This document shows positions 20,235 through 31,163 of a stretch of DNA of 64,000 nt, in pieces. Made by a program: the position numbers and the translations under genes. The DNA comes from Candidatus Dormiibacterota bacterium (GTDB taxonomy: Bacteria > Chloroflexota > Dormibacteria > Aeolococcales > Aeolococcaceae): the NCBI GenBank assembly GCA_963718525.1, contig OY970355.1:2528001-2592000 (forward strand). The letters run 5' to 3'. Numbering within the stretch: position 1 is the first letter of the stretch; each line of letters starts with the position of its first letter. Under the pieces are notes generated by a model. That model was given only the letters and a program-made list of their open reading frames with translations, made no database searches and was not told the origin of the DNA.

Positions 20235-23200
20235 TCACCCGGCGACTCGATGCAGCGCGGCGGTCGGGGCGCCGACGTTCGACGCCTCGTCGAAGCGCAC
20301 TCCCAACACCGAGCTGGTGCCGTCGGCGTCGATGGTCACGCCCCAGAGCGCGTCAGCGGCGGCCATGGTGATGTGGTTGTGGGTGACCACGAGGAATTGC
20401 TGCTTGGCGCCGAGGCGGCGCAACAGCCTCGTGAAGCGGAGCACGTTGCTGTCGTCCAGGGCTGCATCGACCTCGTCGAAGACGTAGAAGGGGCTCGGGT
20501 TCACCTGCTGGAGGGCGAGCACGACAGCGAGCGCGGTCAACGCTCGCTCGCCACCGCTCAGCAGCCGAAGTGGCGTCTGGCGCTTTCCGGGGGGTTGGGC
20601 AAGGATCTCGACACCTGGGCGGCGCTCAGCCACCGACGGTGCGCCACCGTCGACGTCGAGCACGGGCGGCTCCGGCTGCTCGAGCCGCAGAGTCGCACGG
20701 CCGCCCGGGAACAGCTCCGCGTAGAGCTCCTGGAAGTGGAACGATACGGCTCCGAAAACTGTGTCGAAGCGCTGCTCGATCTCGCGTTCGAGGTGTCGGG
20801 CCAGAGCGCGCAGCGCGGCAGCCGCGCCGGCCAGGTCATCCCGCTGCACAGCGATCATGCCGACGCGCGCGCTGAGTACCTCGTGCTGCTCGGGCGCGAG
20901 CGCGTTGACAGCGCCGAGCCCGGCGATCCGGCGCTCGAGCCGCACGATCTCGCGCTCGGCACGCTCCGCGGCCGCAGGGTCGAGCTCCACGGAATCGTCG
21001 TCGCTCGAGTCGCGAACCGCGTCGGCGTGCTCGGCGACGGCGATCTCGCAGACGCTGACCTCCTGCTCGGCGGCATGGAGCTCGTCGGTGGCCCGGGCGA
21101 CGGCGACCGCCACCTCCGCGTGCTCAGCATCGAGCGCGCGAACTGCGAGCTCGAGCTCAGGGATCGGCAGCGCGACCAGGTCGAGCTCGTCCTGCGCGGC
21201 GGCTTGCTCGATCGCCGCTCGCGAAGCCTCGCCCCGCCCCTGGAGTCCGTGCACGATTGCAGCGAGCGCGTCGCCCTCCGCGATGAGCCGTCGCGTCTCC
21301 GCCGCGGCGAGACGGGATCGTGCGGCGTCGAGCGCGCGCCGTGCAGCCTCGCGCCGCTCCTCGACATGAGCGCCCTCCGCCTTTGCCCTGGAGAGCACGA
21401 GCTCAGCCGCTTCCGCGGCGAGCCTGGCGGTATCGGCGGCGGCGCGTACCTGCCGGGAGTGCGCCTCGGTCGCGCCCAACGTCGCCTCGAGCCCGACCAG
21501 GCGCTCGCCTGCCGCCGCAAACTCGCGCTCCGCTCGTGACTGCGCCTCGGTCGCCGCGTCCGCTTCGGCTCGTCGGGTCACCACGGTCGCCGCCGAGCGT
21601 TCCGCCTGCGCCACCGCGGCGTCGAGCGCTTGCCGGGCGCCGCCCGCCACCGCCGCCGCAGACGCTTCCGCGGCACGAGCCGAGCGATCGGCCTCCACCG
21701 CGACCGACAGCGCCTGGTCCAGATCGTTGAGCCGGTCGCGAGCGTTGGCGGCGGTCACCACCGCGGCCGCCTCGGCGCGCTCCGCCTGCTCGGCTGCGGC
21801 TGCCGCCGAGCGCTCCTCACGGGCCAAGTCGAGCGTGTCGACCGCGCGTCCACCACGCAGCCCCGACGGCGAGATCACCGTTCCGTCCGCGAGCACGGCC
21901 AGCGACGCCCCGTGCCCGAAGGCGGCGAGCGCCAGCTCGAGGTCTGGGGCGACCCACACGCCGCGAAGAAGATGGCTCACCGCGCCTCGTGCTGCCGGCG
22001 TCGCCGCGACGGCGCGGGACAGGAGGATATACGGCGCCGGGGGTGGCTGCTCGGTGACCGAATCGAGGTTGGCGCGGATCAGGCGCTCGCGCGGACCTTC
22101 GGGGTCGAGGTGGGTTGCGCTGGCCACCACGTCGTCAACCAGCCATGCGCCGAGGCTCTCCTCGAGGGCGGCCGCCACGGCGCCTGCGAGCGCATCGTCA
22201 GTGATCTGGAGACAGTCGACGAGACGGCGAGCCTGGAGGGAGCCGGCGGCCACGGCTCGTGCGATGCCGCCATCTGCGGCGCTGCCGCTGAGCCGCCCAC
22301 GAGCTGCGGCAAGCGCTGCCAGAGCCAGGCGGGCCTCCCCGGCGGCCTCCGCGACGGCACGGTCGGCTGCGTTGACCGCCTCCCATGCCGCATCGACGGC
22401 AGCCCGCGTGTCTCCGACCTTCGCGGCAGTCTCGGCGGCTCGCTGGGCAGCGTCACGGGCTGCAACGTTGTACGCCGCCAGCGCCGCGCCGAGCTCAGTG
22501 ATGTGCGCTGCAGCCGTCTCGGATTCGACGACAAGTGCTTGCACTGCCGCTGCGGCCAGCTCTGCGCGTGCGGTCGCCGCCCGCGCGTCCGCGCCCGAGC
22601 TGGCTCGGTCGTGTTGGGCGGCCGCGAGACCGGCGGCCGCAGCAGCGAACCGCTGGTCCTCGATCTCGGCCTCGGCTGCCGCCTCAGTGGCCACCAGGCG
22701 CAACGGCGCCGCCTCGCGCTCAAGCACCTCCCAGGTGCGCTGCTCGTCGCCGGCCTCGATACCGGCAAGCGCAGCCGCAGCCGCCTGCACCTCAGGAAGC
22801 GTCGCGTCGACGTCCGCAACCGCGACACCGCGTTGCGAGACCGCAGAACGGAGCCGGTCGGCGAATCGACGTTGCAGCCCTTCCCCACGTTCGACCTGAA
22901 TCCGGGCGTCCTCGAGGCGGCGAGCCGCCGCGTCGCGAGCCTCCCGAACAGCCTCGAGGCTGCGGCGAGCAGCATCCGACCGATGGGCGAACGCGGCGTC
23001 TACCTCTGCGGCGGCCTCGCACCGTCCCAGCGCCTGCTCCAGGCGCCGGCGCGCGAGCTTGAGACTTGCCCTCGCCGCGCGCCATTCCTCATGGGCGAGG
23101 CTGCCGCGCAACTCCGTCAGACGGAGACTCATCGCCCCGAGCTCAATCGCCGCGACCGACTGCTCGCTCAACTCGGCGAGCCGGGGAGTCGCGTCCTCGA

Positions 23201-23786
23201 GCAGATCGGTGAGCCGCCGGACGATGACGTCAACCCCATCCAGCCGGTGCGCCGCCTCTTCGCAGGCCGCTCGCAACGCGCGTACGCCCGCCGCCTGTTC
23301 GACCAGGGTCCGGCGCTGTGCGGGGGTCGCTTCGATGATGCCGTCGATATCGTTCTGCACCACGACGGCATAGCCGTTCTGGGTGAGTCCCGTGCCCCCG
23401 AGCAACCGTTCGAGATCTCGCAGTCGCGCGTGCTCGCCGTTGATGCGGAACTCGGTGTCGCGATCGCCGCGGGCAACCCGCCGGCTGACCGAGACCTCGG
23501 GGTCCTCGGAGGGCAGCGTGCCCTCCTCGTTGTCGATGACCAGCTCGACCTGGGCGAGTCCCATGCGCTGACGCCCGCCGCCACCCGCGTAGATGACCTC
23601 GTCCATGCGCTGTCCACGAAGCTCGCGGGCGTTGGTCTCGCCGAGCGCCCAGCGCACGGCGTCGACCAGGTTGCTCTTACCGCTGCCGTTAGGCCCGACG
23701 ATGGCGGTGATGCCGGGGTCGAAGATCACCTCGCTGCGCGCCGCGAAGGTCTTGAACCCGGACAGGGTGATCCGCCGGAGCCTCAT
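20235..23786 (-). CDS. smc: Chromosome segregation protein SMC
   Basis: [18 protein letters not shown], long coiled coils, [24 protein letters not shown]. Confidence 0.96.
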   Translation of the reverse strand: MRLRRITLSGFKTFAARSEVIFDPGITAIVGPNGSGKSNLVDAVRWALGETNARELRGQRMDEVIYAGGGGRQRMGLAQVELVIDNEEGTLPSEDPEVSVSRRVARGDRDTEFRINGEHARLRDLERLLGGTGLTQNGYAVVVQNDIDGIIEATPAQRRTLVEQAAGVRALRAACEEAAHRLDGVDVIVRRLTDLLEDATPRLAELSEQSVAAIELGAMSLRLTELRGSLAHEEWRAARASLKLARRRLEQALGRCEAAAEVDAAFAHRSDAARRSLEAVREARDAAARRLEDARIQVERGEGLQRRFADRLRSAVSQRGVAVADVDATLPEVQAAAAALAGIEAGDEQRTWEVLEREAAPLRLVATEAAAEAEIEDQRFAAAAAGLAAAQHDRASSGADARAATARAELAAAAVQALVVESETAAAHITELGAALAAYNVAARDAAQRAAETAAKVGDTRAAVDAAWEAVNAADRAVAEAAGEARLALAALAAARGRLSGSAADGGIARAVAAGSLQARRLVDCLQITDDALAGAVAAALEESLGAWLVDDVVASATHLDPEGPRERLIRANLDSVTEQPPPAPYILLSRAVAATPAARGAVSHLLRGVWVAPDLELALAAFGHGASLAVLADGTVISPSGLRGGRAVDTLDLAREERSAAAAAEQAERAEAAAVVTAANARDRLNDLDQALSVAVEADRSARAAEASAAAVAGGARQALDAAVAQAERSAATVVTRRAEADAATEAQSRAEREFAAAGERLVGLEATLGATEAHSRQVRAAADTARLAAEAAELVLSRAKAEGAHVEERREAARRALDAARSRLAAAETRRLIAEGDALAAIVHGLQGRGEASRAAIEQAAAQDELDLVALPIPELELAVRALDAEHAEVAVAVARATDELHAAEQEVSVCEIAVAEHADAVRDSSDDDSVELDPAAAERAEREIVRLERRIAGLGAVNALAPEQHEVLSARVGMIAVQRDDLAGAAAALRALARHLEREIEQRFDTVFGAVSFHFQELYAELFPGGRATLRLEQPEPPVLDVDGGAPSVAERRPGVEILAQPPGKRQTPLRLLSGGERALTALAVVLALQQVNPSPFYVFDEVDAALDDSNVLRFTRLLRRLGAKQQFLVVTHNHITMAAADALWGVTIDADGTSSVLGVRFDEASNVGAPTAALHRVAG

Positions 23787-23865
23787 CCGGGCGATTGTCC
23801 ATGCGGGGAGCGCAGCACGTCAACATCTTGCGCCACGCTGATCTCCCGGCCACAAGATCTGGTGC

Positions 23866-24984
23866 TCATGTCGCGGCGGGCGGGGTGCTGCCACCGCCGC
23901 GACCCCGGCCGCCCCGACGGCCGCGCCGCCGGCGCGGCGCCGGTGCGGAGGCCTCGGCCTTGGGTGGAGGGGGCGCCTGCTGCCGTCCCACGAGCGCCTC
24001 GGCGGCGTGGCGCAGCGCCGACAGGAGGCTTCTGCTCCGCCGCGGGGTCGCGACCTCAGGCGTCGCTCCAGACACGTCGACTGGGCGTGCCCCGGACCGC
24101 CCTCGTCGCCGCCGTGGCGTCGCCCCGCGATCGGCGGCGACCTCGGCGACGCGGCGGCGCACCCGTGCAGGTTCCGACGCCACGGTCTTGGCGGCATCGC
24201 GCGCTGCCCCGACTGCGGCGGCCGCACCTCCGCGGCTCGTCTTCGTGAGCTTGTCGAGAGCGTCGTGCGCGGCCGCCTGCTCGGCGGCCTGCTTGGTCGG
24301 ACCGCGCCCCGTGCCGCCGACACGCTCGCCGAGCAGCACCTCGGCGGTGTACTCGCGCTTGTGCCCGGGACCGCCCGTGGCGATGACCCGATAATGGGGA
24401 GTGTCGCCGGTGCGATCCTGCGACGCCTGCTGGAGCTGGCCCTTGAAGTTCTCGTCGCTCCACTCAGCGAGGTCGCCGATGTTCTGGAGAAACACCTTCG
24501 TGGCCGCTCGGTAGCCCTGGTCGAGGAAGATCGCGCCGATCATCGCCTCGAAGGCGTTGGCCAGCAGCGATGGCAGCTTGCGCGCCCCGGTCTTGACGGC
24601 TCCCCGCCCCATCAGCAGTGTCTCGCCGAGCTCCAGACGCTCGCCGAGGCGGGCCAGCGACGTCGTGTTGACGAGCGCCGCGCGGAGCTGGGTCAACTGG
24701 CCCTCGTCGTAGGTGGGGAACCGCCGGAACAGGTACTCGCCGACTACCAGCTCGAGGACGGCGTCGCCGAGGTACTCGAGTCGCTCGTTATCGTGCCCGG
24801 GACCGGCCGGCTCGCCGTGCTCGTTGTTCCACGAAGCGTGGGTCATCGCCTCGCGAAGCAACTCCTGCTTGCGGAACTGGATACCGATCCGCTTCTGGAG
24901 GTCGCGCAGGCGCTCGAGCTCCGCATCGCCGAGCGGCGACGGCGTCTGTTTCGGCGCCGGCAGCTGTTTGGGGGCCGGCGCCAT
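23866..24984 (-). CDS. rnc: Ribonuclease III, with Arg/Ala/Gly-rich C-terminal extension
   Basis: AMTHASW, NERLEYLGDAVLEL, ANAFEAMIGAIFLDQG, dsRBD (NFKGQLQ...TKQAAEQAAA). Confidence 0.95.
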   Translation of the reverse strand: MAPAPKQLPAPKQTPSPLGDAELERLRDLQKRIGIQFRKQELLREAMTHASWNNEHGEPAGPGHDNERLEYLGDAVLELVVGEYLFRRFPTYDEGQLTQLRAALVNTTSLARLGERLELGETLLMGRGAVKTGARKLPSLLANAFEAMIGAIFLDQGYRAATKVFLQNIGDLAEWSDENFKGQLQQASQDRTGDTPHYRVIATGGPGHKREYTAEVLLGERVGGTGRGPTKQAAEQAAAHDALDKLTKTSRGGAAAAVGAARDAAKTVASEPARVRRRVAEVAADRGATPRRRRGRSGARPVDVSGATPEVATPRRSRSLLSALRHAAEALVGRQQAPPPPKAEASAPAPRRRRGRRGGRGRGGGSTPPAAT

Positions 24985-25007
24985 GGCTGGAGCCTGAGCC
25001 GGAGGGG

Positions 25008-25256
25008 CTAGGTTGTCGCCCCCACCTTCTCCTGGATGTAATCCCAGGCCTGAGCCACTGTCCCGATCTTCTCCGCGTCCTCGTCGGAGATCTCCATCTG
25101 GTACTCCTCCTCGAACGCCATGATCAACTCGACCAGGTCGAGTGAGTCCGCGTTCAGGTCCTCCACGAACGACGCCTCCGGCGTCACCTGCTCGGTCTCC
25201 ACGCCGAGTTGATCGGCGACGATCGCCTTGAACCGGTCGAAGGTTAGATCTGGCAT
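25008..25256 (-). CDS. acpP: Acyl carrier protein
   Basis: [22 protein letters not shown]; ATG at 25256 after AAGGA. Confidence 0.97.
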   Translation of the reverse strand: MPDLTFDRFKAIVADQLGVETEQVTPEASFVEDLNADSLDLVELIMAFEEEYQMEISDEDAEKIGTVAQAWDYIQEKVGATT

Positions 25257-25415
25257 CAGGCGTTCCTTGTGATGGTGTGGCTGCGGCAGGTGCCGCATCA
25301 GTCTCGGGCGAAACGATAGCGTCAGAAGCGGGGGGGCGCCACGCAAATGGCCCGGAAGCGCCGTCGATGATGCGTTCCGATGGGCCGTCGGTATTGGTTG
25401 GGGGGCCGGCGTCAC

Positions 25416-26174
25416 TCACGCCGCGAGACCGCCGTCGACGTGCAGCACGTGGCCGGTGATGTACGCCGACTCTGGCAGGACGAGGAATGCGATCGCTGCG
25501 GCGACTTCGTCTGCGGTCCCCATGCGGCCCTTGGGGATGGTCGCGATCGCTCCTGCCTGGAGGGCCTCGCCGAGCGACGTGGTCATCTCGGTCTCGATGA
25601 AACCGGGAGCGACCGCGTTGACGGTGATGTCCCTACTCGCCACCTCGCGTGCCAGCGACTTGGTGAGCCCGATCAGGCCCGCCTTGGCCGCCGCATAGTT
25701 GGACTGCCCGGCGTTGCCGATGACCCCGGAGACGCTGGACACGTTGACGATGCGCCCGAATCGCTGGCGCAGCATGGGCCGCAGGGCGGCGCGGCAGATG
25801 TGAAATGCCGCGGTGAGATCGACGGCGATCACCGCGTCCCAGTCTTCGTCCGTCAGGCGCACGGCCAGGTTGTCCCGGGCGATGCCGGCGTTGTTGACGA
25901 CGATGTCGAGACCGCCAAGTGCCTGCACCGTCTGATCCACGAGCCGGGCGGCTGCTTTGGGGTCGGCGAGGTCGGCGCCCAGTGCGACGGCGCTCACCTT
26001 GTGCTCGACCTGGAGTGCGGCGACCACTGCTTCAGCGTTGTCCGGATGAGCCGAATAGCCAATCGCCACGGACGCACCGGCTCGTGCCAGCGCAATCGCG
26101 GTTGCCTTCCCGATGCCCCGCGACGCACCGGTGACCAGCGCACGCCGTCCTTCCAGCGCGCGGGTCTCGCTCAC
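25416..26174 (-). CDS. fabG: 3-oxoacyl-ACP reductase
   Basis: VTGASRGIG, NNAGIARD, GQSNYAAAKAG, VNAVAPGFIET. Confidence 0.96.
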   Translation of the reverse strand: MSETRALEGRRALVTGASRGIGKATAIALARAGASVAIGYSAHPDNAEAVVAALQVEHKVSAVALGADLADPKAAARLVDQTVQALGGLDIVVNNAGIARDNLAVRLTDEDWDAVIAVDLTAAFHICRAALRPMLRQRFGRIVNVSSVSGVIGNAGQSNYAAAKAGLIGLTKSLAREVASRDITVNAVAPGFIETEMTTSLGEALQAGAIATIPKGRMGTADEVAAAIAFLVLPESAYITGHVLHVDGGLAA

Positions 26175-27094
26175 CCGGCGACCGCCGCGCTGTCGAGCCG
26201 TGCCGCCGCGTCGATCGTGCTCACCGACAGCGCGCGCACGCTGGGCACGATTCGCCGGGCGAGTCCGCTGAGCACGTTGCCGGGGCCGACCTCGACGAGC
26301 GTCTCGGCGCCGAGCTCCACGAGCCGGTGCACACAGTCGATCCACCGCACCGGTGACGTGAGCTGCGCGCGCAGTCGATCACGCAGCTCGCCCGCGGTAT
26401 GGACGTCGCGGCCATCCACATTGCAGACGACCGGGGGACTCGGATCGGTGATCACCACGCCCTCCAGCGCCGATTCAAACGCCGCGGCCGCCAATGTCAT
26501 CAGCGGCGAGTGAAATGCGCCGCTCACACTGAGCGGGACTGCGCGTCTCGCGCCATTCGCGAGGGCACGTTGTGACGCCGCGTCGACCCCCGCCGCCGAG
26601 CCGCTGATCACCAGCTGCCCGGGCGCATTGTGATTGGCGATCACCACGATCTCGCCGGTTGCGCGCTGTGCCTCGTCGCATGCCGCGATCGCACCCGCAA
26701 CATCGATACCGATCAACGCGCACATGGTGCCATCGCGCATTGCTGCCATGGCTCTCCCGCGCTCGATGACAAGTCGCATCGCGTCGGCGGGCTGGAGCGC
26801 GTTCGCGGCCACCGCCGCGGCGTACTCGCCGACGCTGTGTCCCGCCACCGCGACGACATCGAGGTCATCAGGCAGGGTGCTGCGCAGCGCGCACTCGACG
26901 ACGAGCAGCGCCGGCTGGGCGATCTCGGTAGGACGGAGTTGCGTCGCATCGCCCGCAAGCGCCGTTTTCAGATCCAGCCCGGACAACTCCGCAACGGCGA
27001 GCATTTCGACGGCGATTGGGAGATCCGTCAGCCCATCCGCCATACCGGCGGCTTGGCTGCCCTGTCCGGGAAAGCAGAGTGCGACTCGGGCCAA
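26171..27094 (-). CDS. fabD: Malonyl-CoA:ACP transacylase
   Basis: FPGQGSQ, AGHSVGEY, VSGAFHSPLM, QLTSPVRW. Confidence 0.96.
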   Translation of the reverse strand: MARVALCFPGQGSQAAGMADGLTDLPIAVEMLAVAELSGLDLKTALAGDATQLRPTEIAQPALLVVECALRSTLPDDLDVVAVAGHSVGEYAAAVAANALQPADAMRLVIERGRAMAAMRDGTMCALIGIDVAGAIAACDEAQRATGEIVVIANHNAPGQLVISGSAAGVDAASQRALANGARRAVPLSVSGAFHSPLMTLAAAAFESALEGVVITDPSPPVVCNVDGRDVHTAGELRDRLRAQLTSPVRWIDCVHRLVELGAETLVEVGPGNVLSGLARRIVPSVRALSVSTIDAAARLDSAAVAG

Positions 27095-27106
27095 CAGGAC
27101 CGATGG

Positions 27107-27283
27107 TTACTCAGTGACCGACACTTCGCGGCCGTGATAGTAGCCGCAGTTCGGACAGACGCGGTGAGGGATTCGCGGCTGGCGGCAGCGCGGGCAGGGC
27201 GACAGCGTCGGCATTTCCAGGGCGTGGTGGGAGCGCCGAAAGTCGCGGCGGCGCTTTGAGATCTTTTGCTTGGGAAGCGGCAT
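27107..27283 (-). CDS. rpmF: 50S ribosomal protein L32 (Zn-binding form; absent from the ORF track)
   Basis: Translated by hand: MPLPKQKISKRRRDFRRSHHALEMPTLSPCPRCRQPRIPHRVCPNCGYYHGREVSVTE. Confidence 0.96.
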   Translation of the reverse strand: MPLPKQKISKRRRDFRRSHHALEMPTLSPCPRCRQPRIPHRVCPNCGYYHGREVSVTE

Positions 27284-27377
27284 GCTCGGTTTCTCCGGGG
27301 ACCGCGCACACGCACGGCGGCGCGGCCAATGGGTGCGGTCAGTATAGCGGTGCGTCCAATGCGGGCGACCCGAGACG

Positions 27378-27914
27378 CTATTCCCGCTCCCGGCGTTTCC
27401 GCCGCGATCCAGTCTCGGAGGGAAGGGCGTCGATGCCCTTGCGAACAGTGGTTGCCGCTCGCATCAACTGGTCCTCGAGGCGAAGCATGACGTCGCGGGC
27501 GTATGCATCGGCCTCGCTGCACGTCTTGGCGGCGCGCTCCTCGGCATCGGCCAGCACGGTCCGGGCATGCGCTCGAGCCTGCTCGGCAATTTCGTGATCC
27601 CCCACCATGACCGCTGCTCGGGCCCCGGCTTCATCGACGATGCGAGCGGCCTCGGCCTCGGCGCGGGAAAGGATCCGCTCCGCCTCCTGCTCGGCTTCAA
27701 TCAGGACGCGGCGCTGGTCCTCGAGCAGATGGCGAGCCTGCATCAACTCGTCGGGAAGGCCGAGCCTGGTGCGATCGATGAGTTCCAGCACCTCGTCCTC
27801 GTTGACGACCACACCGGCGGTGAACGGCACGCGCCGTCCCGTGCTCACCAGTTCCTCGAGTTGATCGACGAGGTCGATCACCGTGGGTTCGGCGTTCTCG
27901 GGCGGATTGGTCAC
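27378..27914 (-). CDS. Conserved coiled-coil protein downstream of coaD (ATP synthase b/DivIVA-like)
   Basis: LVDQLEELV..GRRVPF...LPDEL.QAR, EA..YA; this family is usually found after coaD. Confidence 0.8.
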   Translation of the reverse strand: MTNPPENAEPTVIDLVDQLEELVSTGRRVPFTAGVVVNEDEVLELIDRTRLGLPDELMQARHLLEDQRRVLIEAEQEAERILSRAEAEAARIVDEAGARAAVMVGDHEIAEQARAHARTVLADAEERAAKTCSEADAYARDVMLRLEDQLMRAATTVRKGIDALPSETGSRRKRRERE

Positions 27915-28423
27915 GTGGATCGCGCCTCATGTCGGCGGTGTTCCGCGAAGCGTCGCTGCATGGCTTCGACACTCACCGGCGGTGCCATCTCGCTGACGTT
28001 GCCGCCGAGGTGGCACACCTCCTTGATCAACGACGAGGAGATGAACACGTTGGAGAACGACGTCATGAGAAAGACCGTGTTCACGGCGGGGTTGAGGCGA
28101 CGGTTCATCAGCGCCATCTGGAACTCCGACTCGAAGTCGCTGATGACCCGGAGCCCGCGCACGATCGCGATCGCGCCCGTGGCCGCGGCGAAATCGACGG
28201 TGAGGCCGTTGAAGGTGGTCACCTCGATGTGCGCCCGCGATTCAAGGGTTGCATGGATCATGTCGACTCGTTCGGCGGCGGTGAACAGCGGCGTCTTGCC
28301 CGGGTTCTCCAGCACCCCGACCACCACCTTGTCGAAGATCGCGGCGGCGCGGTCCAGGATGTCGAGGTGTCCGAAGGTCACCGGATCGAAGCTGCCGGGG
28401 TAAACGGCGATGCGCTCGCTCAC
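27911..28423 (-). CDS. coaD: Phosphopantetheine adenylyltransferase
   Basis: AVYPGSFDPVTFGHLDI, VRGLR..SDFESE, ISSSLIKEV. Confidence 0.97.
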   Translation of the reverse strand: MSERIAVYPGSFDPVTFGHLDILDRAAAIFDKVVVGVLENPGKTPLFTAAERVDMIHATLESRAHIEVTTFNGLTVDFAAATGAIAIVRGLRVISDFESEFQMALMNRRLNPAVNTVFLMTSFSNVFISSSLIKEVCHLGGNVSEMAPPVSVEAMQRRFAEHRRHEARST

Positions 28424-29025
28424 GCTGTTCCGTCCGATGGTGCAGCGGTTCGCTGCAGGAAGCTGATGGTGGTCAGGCCGTAACGCGCCTCGCGAAACCG
28501 TGTGAGCCTGCCGATCTGCTCGGGGATGTCGCGGGCGCGGTGATGTTCGCACACGACAAGACGCGGTGGAGCCGTTCCGAGCAATTCGAGGACGCTGTCC
28601 AGCTCAGGGTCCCGGTATGGGGCGTCCACGTAACAGAGATCGGCCAGGGCGGTTTGCTCCGCCGCCCCACGGAGCCAGCGCCGGACCTCCGCGCCCACCA
28701 GCGTGCAGCGGTCGCGGCAGCCGAAGCGTTCGGCGGTCTTCGCGATCAACGCCAGCGCCTCGCGATGACGTTCGACGAAGGTGACGGAGGCCGCTCCGCG
28801 TGACAACGCTTCGAAGCCCAGCGTTCCGGCGCCGGCGTACAGGTCGATCATGCGCGCGCCCACGACGGTCGGCCCGAGAATGTCGAACAACGATTGGCGG
28901 ACCATCGCCCGCGTGGGCCGTACCTCGCGTCCGGAGGGGGTGGCGACCACGCGCCCCCGCCACTCCCCTGCGGTGATCCTGGTCTGAGCCACCCGCGGTG
29001 TTGCGCTCTTCAGGCGAGGAGGCAT
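28420..29025 (-). CDS. rsmD: RsmD family 16S rRNA m2G966 methyltransferase
   Basis: RITAGEWRGR, RPT..MVRQSLF, DLYAGAGTLGFEALSRGA, DAPY. Confidence 0.92.
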   Translation of the reverse strand: MPPRLKSATPRVAQTRITAGEWRGRVVATPSGREVRPTRAMVRQSLFDILGPTVVGARMIDLYAGAGTLGFEALSRGAASVTFVERHREALALIAKTAERFGCRDRCTLVGAEVRRWLRGAAEQTALADLCYVDAPYRDPELDSVLELLGTAPPRLVVCEHHRARDIPEQIGRLTRFREARYGLTTISFLQRTAAPSDGTA

Positions 29026-29046
29026 GGAGCCACGAGCCGGCGCTCG

Positions 29047-31134
29047 CTAGTCAATATCGAAGACCGCACGGTAGCCGTTCATCGCCTCTGACAACGGTTG
29101 CCACGCGGCGAGGTCCGGGTCGTTGTCCAACCACGCGAGCGCAGCCTGACGGGCACGCCGTCCGAGCGCCACGTCGAGGAGGTCGGCCGCGAGCATCTCG
29201 GGAAGGCCGTGCTGGCGCAGACCGACCAACTGCCCCGGTCCGCGGAGCTGGAGATCCAGCTCGGCGAGCTCAAAGCCGCTATCGGTCGAGGCGACGGCCG
29301 CGAGGCGCTTCGACCCCTCCTCGTCGATACCGCCTTCGAAAAGCAGGCAGTACGACTGGTGCTGGTCCCGCCCCACGCGACCGCGAAATTGATGCAGCTG
29401 CGCCAAACCGAAGCGCTCCGCACCCTCGATGACCATGATCGTCGCGTTGGGAACGTCGACGCCGACCTCGACCACGCTCGTGGCGACGAGCACGTCGGCG
29501 TCACCCCGCACGAAGCGTTCCATCCGCTCGGTTTTCTCTCGTGCGGGCATGCGGCCGTGGAGCAGTTCGACGCGCAGATCGGGAAAGACTGTGGTGCTGA
29601 GACGCTCGTACTCGGCGGTGGCGCTTCGTGCGCCGAGCTTGTCCGATTCCTCGATGAGTGGACAGATGACGAACGCCTGGCGCCCCTTGCGCACCTCGTT
29701 CCTGACGAAGTCGTATGCCTGCTGGCGTGCCTCTGGTAGGACGACCCGGGTCACAACCGGATGCCGGCCGGGGGGCATCTCACGCAGTTCGCTCAGGTCG
29801 ACGTCCCCGTAGAGCGTGTTCGACAGTGAGCGCGGGATCGGGGTCGCGGTCATTGCAAGATAGTTCGGCATGGCTCCCGACGTCTGGCGCAGACGTCGCC
29901 GCTGGGCCACCCCGAAACGATGCTGCTCGTCGACCACGACGAGGCCCAGGTTCACCATCGCGACGTCGTCCTCGATGAGTGCGTGAGTCCCGACGATGAG
30001 CGAGTCGTGGCCGCCCGCCAGGCCGGCGAGAATCTCCCGGCGCGCCGCCGCGGATGTGCTGCCCACCAGCAGCCGGGGCGGGAGACCATGCTGAGACAGC
30101 AACTTGTCGAGGGTGGCGTGATGCTGCCGCGCGAGGATCTCCGTCGGCGCCATCACCGCGGTCTGGAAACCGGCGTGGTGGGTCATGAGCGCGGCGAGCG
30201 CCGCCACCACCGTCTTTCCGCTCCCGACGTCACCCTGGAGCAGCCGGTTCATCGGACCGGGCGCGGCGAGGTCGGTGAGGATCTCGTGCCCGGCGACACG
30301 CTGCCCGTCGGTGAGCTTGAACGGCAGCGTCGCGACAAACTTCCGTGCCACCTCGATGTCGTAGCCGACGATCACGCCCGGTCCGCTCATCCGCCGCCGG
30401 CGCGCGCGCTCCGCGGCGACCTGGAGCAGGAACAGCTCCTCAAAGGCGATCCGCTCGCGGGCTTGCGCAGCGGTCGCGAGACTGTCCGGCACGTGCACTT
30501 GATAGATCGCCTCGGCGATCGACATCAGCCCCTCGGACTCACGGACTGACGGGGGCAGGCGATCGGGCAGCTGGGTCGCGAAGCCGAGCAGCGGCTCGAT
30601 GTGCGAGCGCAGGAAGCGTGACGTGATGCCCTGGGTCTCGGGGTAGACGGGTGCGAGTGCTCCAACGTGGCGCTGATCCCGCCCCGCGCGCTCGAACACG
30701 GGGCTGCGAAAGCTCAGCCCGGTCCTCGACATCTCGACCTTGCCGCTGAGCATCAGCTCCATTCCCGGTTTCAACTGACGCATGAGGAACGGCTGGTTGA
30801 ACCACACCGCCGTCGCAACGCCGCCGCTCTCGTCCTCGAGCGTCGCCTCGATCAGCGGCACCTTCTTGTACGGGCTCTTTCGCGCGCTCACGTTGCGAAT
30901 CGTGACGTGCGCGGTCTGCACCGTCCCGGTCTCCAGCATCCGCAGCGGGACCGTTTCCCGCGTGTCCTCGTAGCGCCGCGGAAGGTGGAACAGGAGGTCA
31001 CGAATGGTGGTGAGCCCCAGCTTCTGGAGGCGCTGCGCCTGGCGCGGTCCGACGCCCGTGATGCGAGATACCGGGAGGTCGAGCTCGATGGGCACATGGT
31101 CCGACGTCACGACCGAAAACGGTTGCAGACTCAC
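29047..31134 (-). CDS. recG: ATP-dependent DNA helicase RecG
   Basis: RLLQGDVGSGKT, MAPTEILARQH, VDEQHRFGV, MTATPIPRSL, QLHQFRGRVGR. Confidence 0.98.
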   Translation of the reverse strand: MSLQPFSVVTSDHVPIELDLPVSRITGVGPRQAQRLQKLGLTTIRDLLFHLPRRYEDTRETVPLRMLETGTVQTAHVTIRNVSARKSPYKKVPLIEATLEDESGGVATAVWFNQPFLMRQLKPGMELMLSGKVEMSRTGLSFRSPVFERAGRDQRHVGALAPVYPETQGITSRFLRSHIEPLLGFATQLPDRLPPSVRESEGLMSIAEAIYQVHVPDSLATAAQARERIAFEELFLLQVAAERARRRRMSGPGVIVGYDIEVARKFVATLPFKLTDGQRVAGHEILTDLAAPGPMNRLLQGDVGSGKTVVAALAALMTHHAGFQTAVMAPTEILARQHHATLDKLLSQHGLPPRLLVGSTSAAARREILAGLAGGHDSLIVGTHALIEDDVAMVNLGLVVVDEQHRFGVAQRRRLRQTSGAMPNYLAMTATPIPRSLSNTLYGDVDLSELREMPPGRHPVVTRVVLPEARQQAYDFVRNEVRKGRQAFVICPLIEESDKLGARSATAEYERLSTTVFPDLRVELLHGRMPAREKTERMERFVRGDADVLVATSVVEVGVDVPNATIMVIEGAERFGLAQLHQFRGRVGRDQHQSYCLLFEGGIDEEGSKRLAAVASTDSGFELAELDLQLRGPGQLVGLRQHGLPEMLAADLLDVALGRRARQAALAWLDNDPDLAAWQPLSEAMNGYRAVFDID

Positions 31135-31163
31135 AGCCGGTCCATCGTCTCAGGCCGGCCCGA

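Noticed and set aside
19449-24248. Very long plus-strand ORFs (696 and 872 aa) opposite ftsY/smc, and similar shadow ORFs elsewhere
   Set aside because: Antisense shadows of GC-rich genes with Arg/Gly-rich composition and no motifs.
23866-25419. 517-aa ORF starting at the fabG stop, reading through acpP in another frame into rnc
   Set aside because: The extension has no recognisable similarity, stop-free alternate frames are common at this GC content, and acpP has its own RBS. rnc is better started at 24984.
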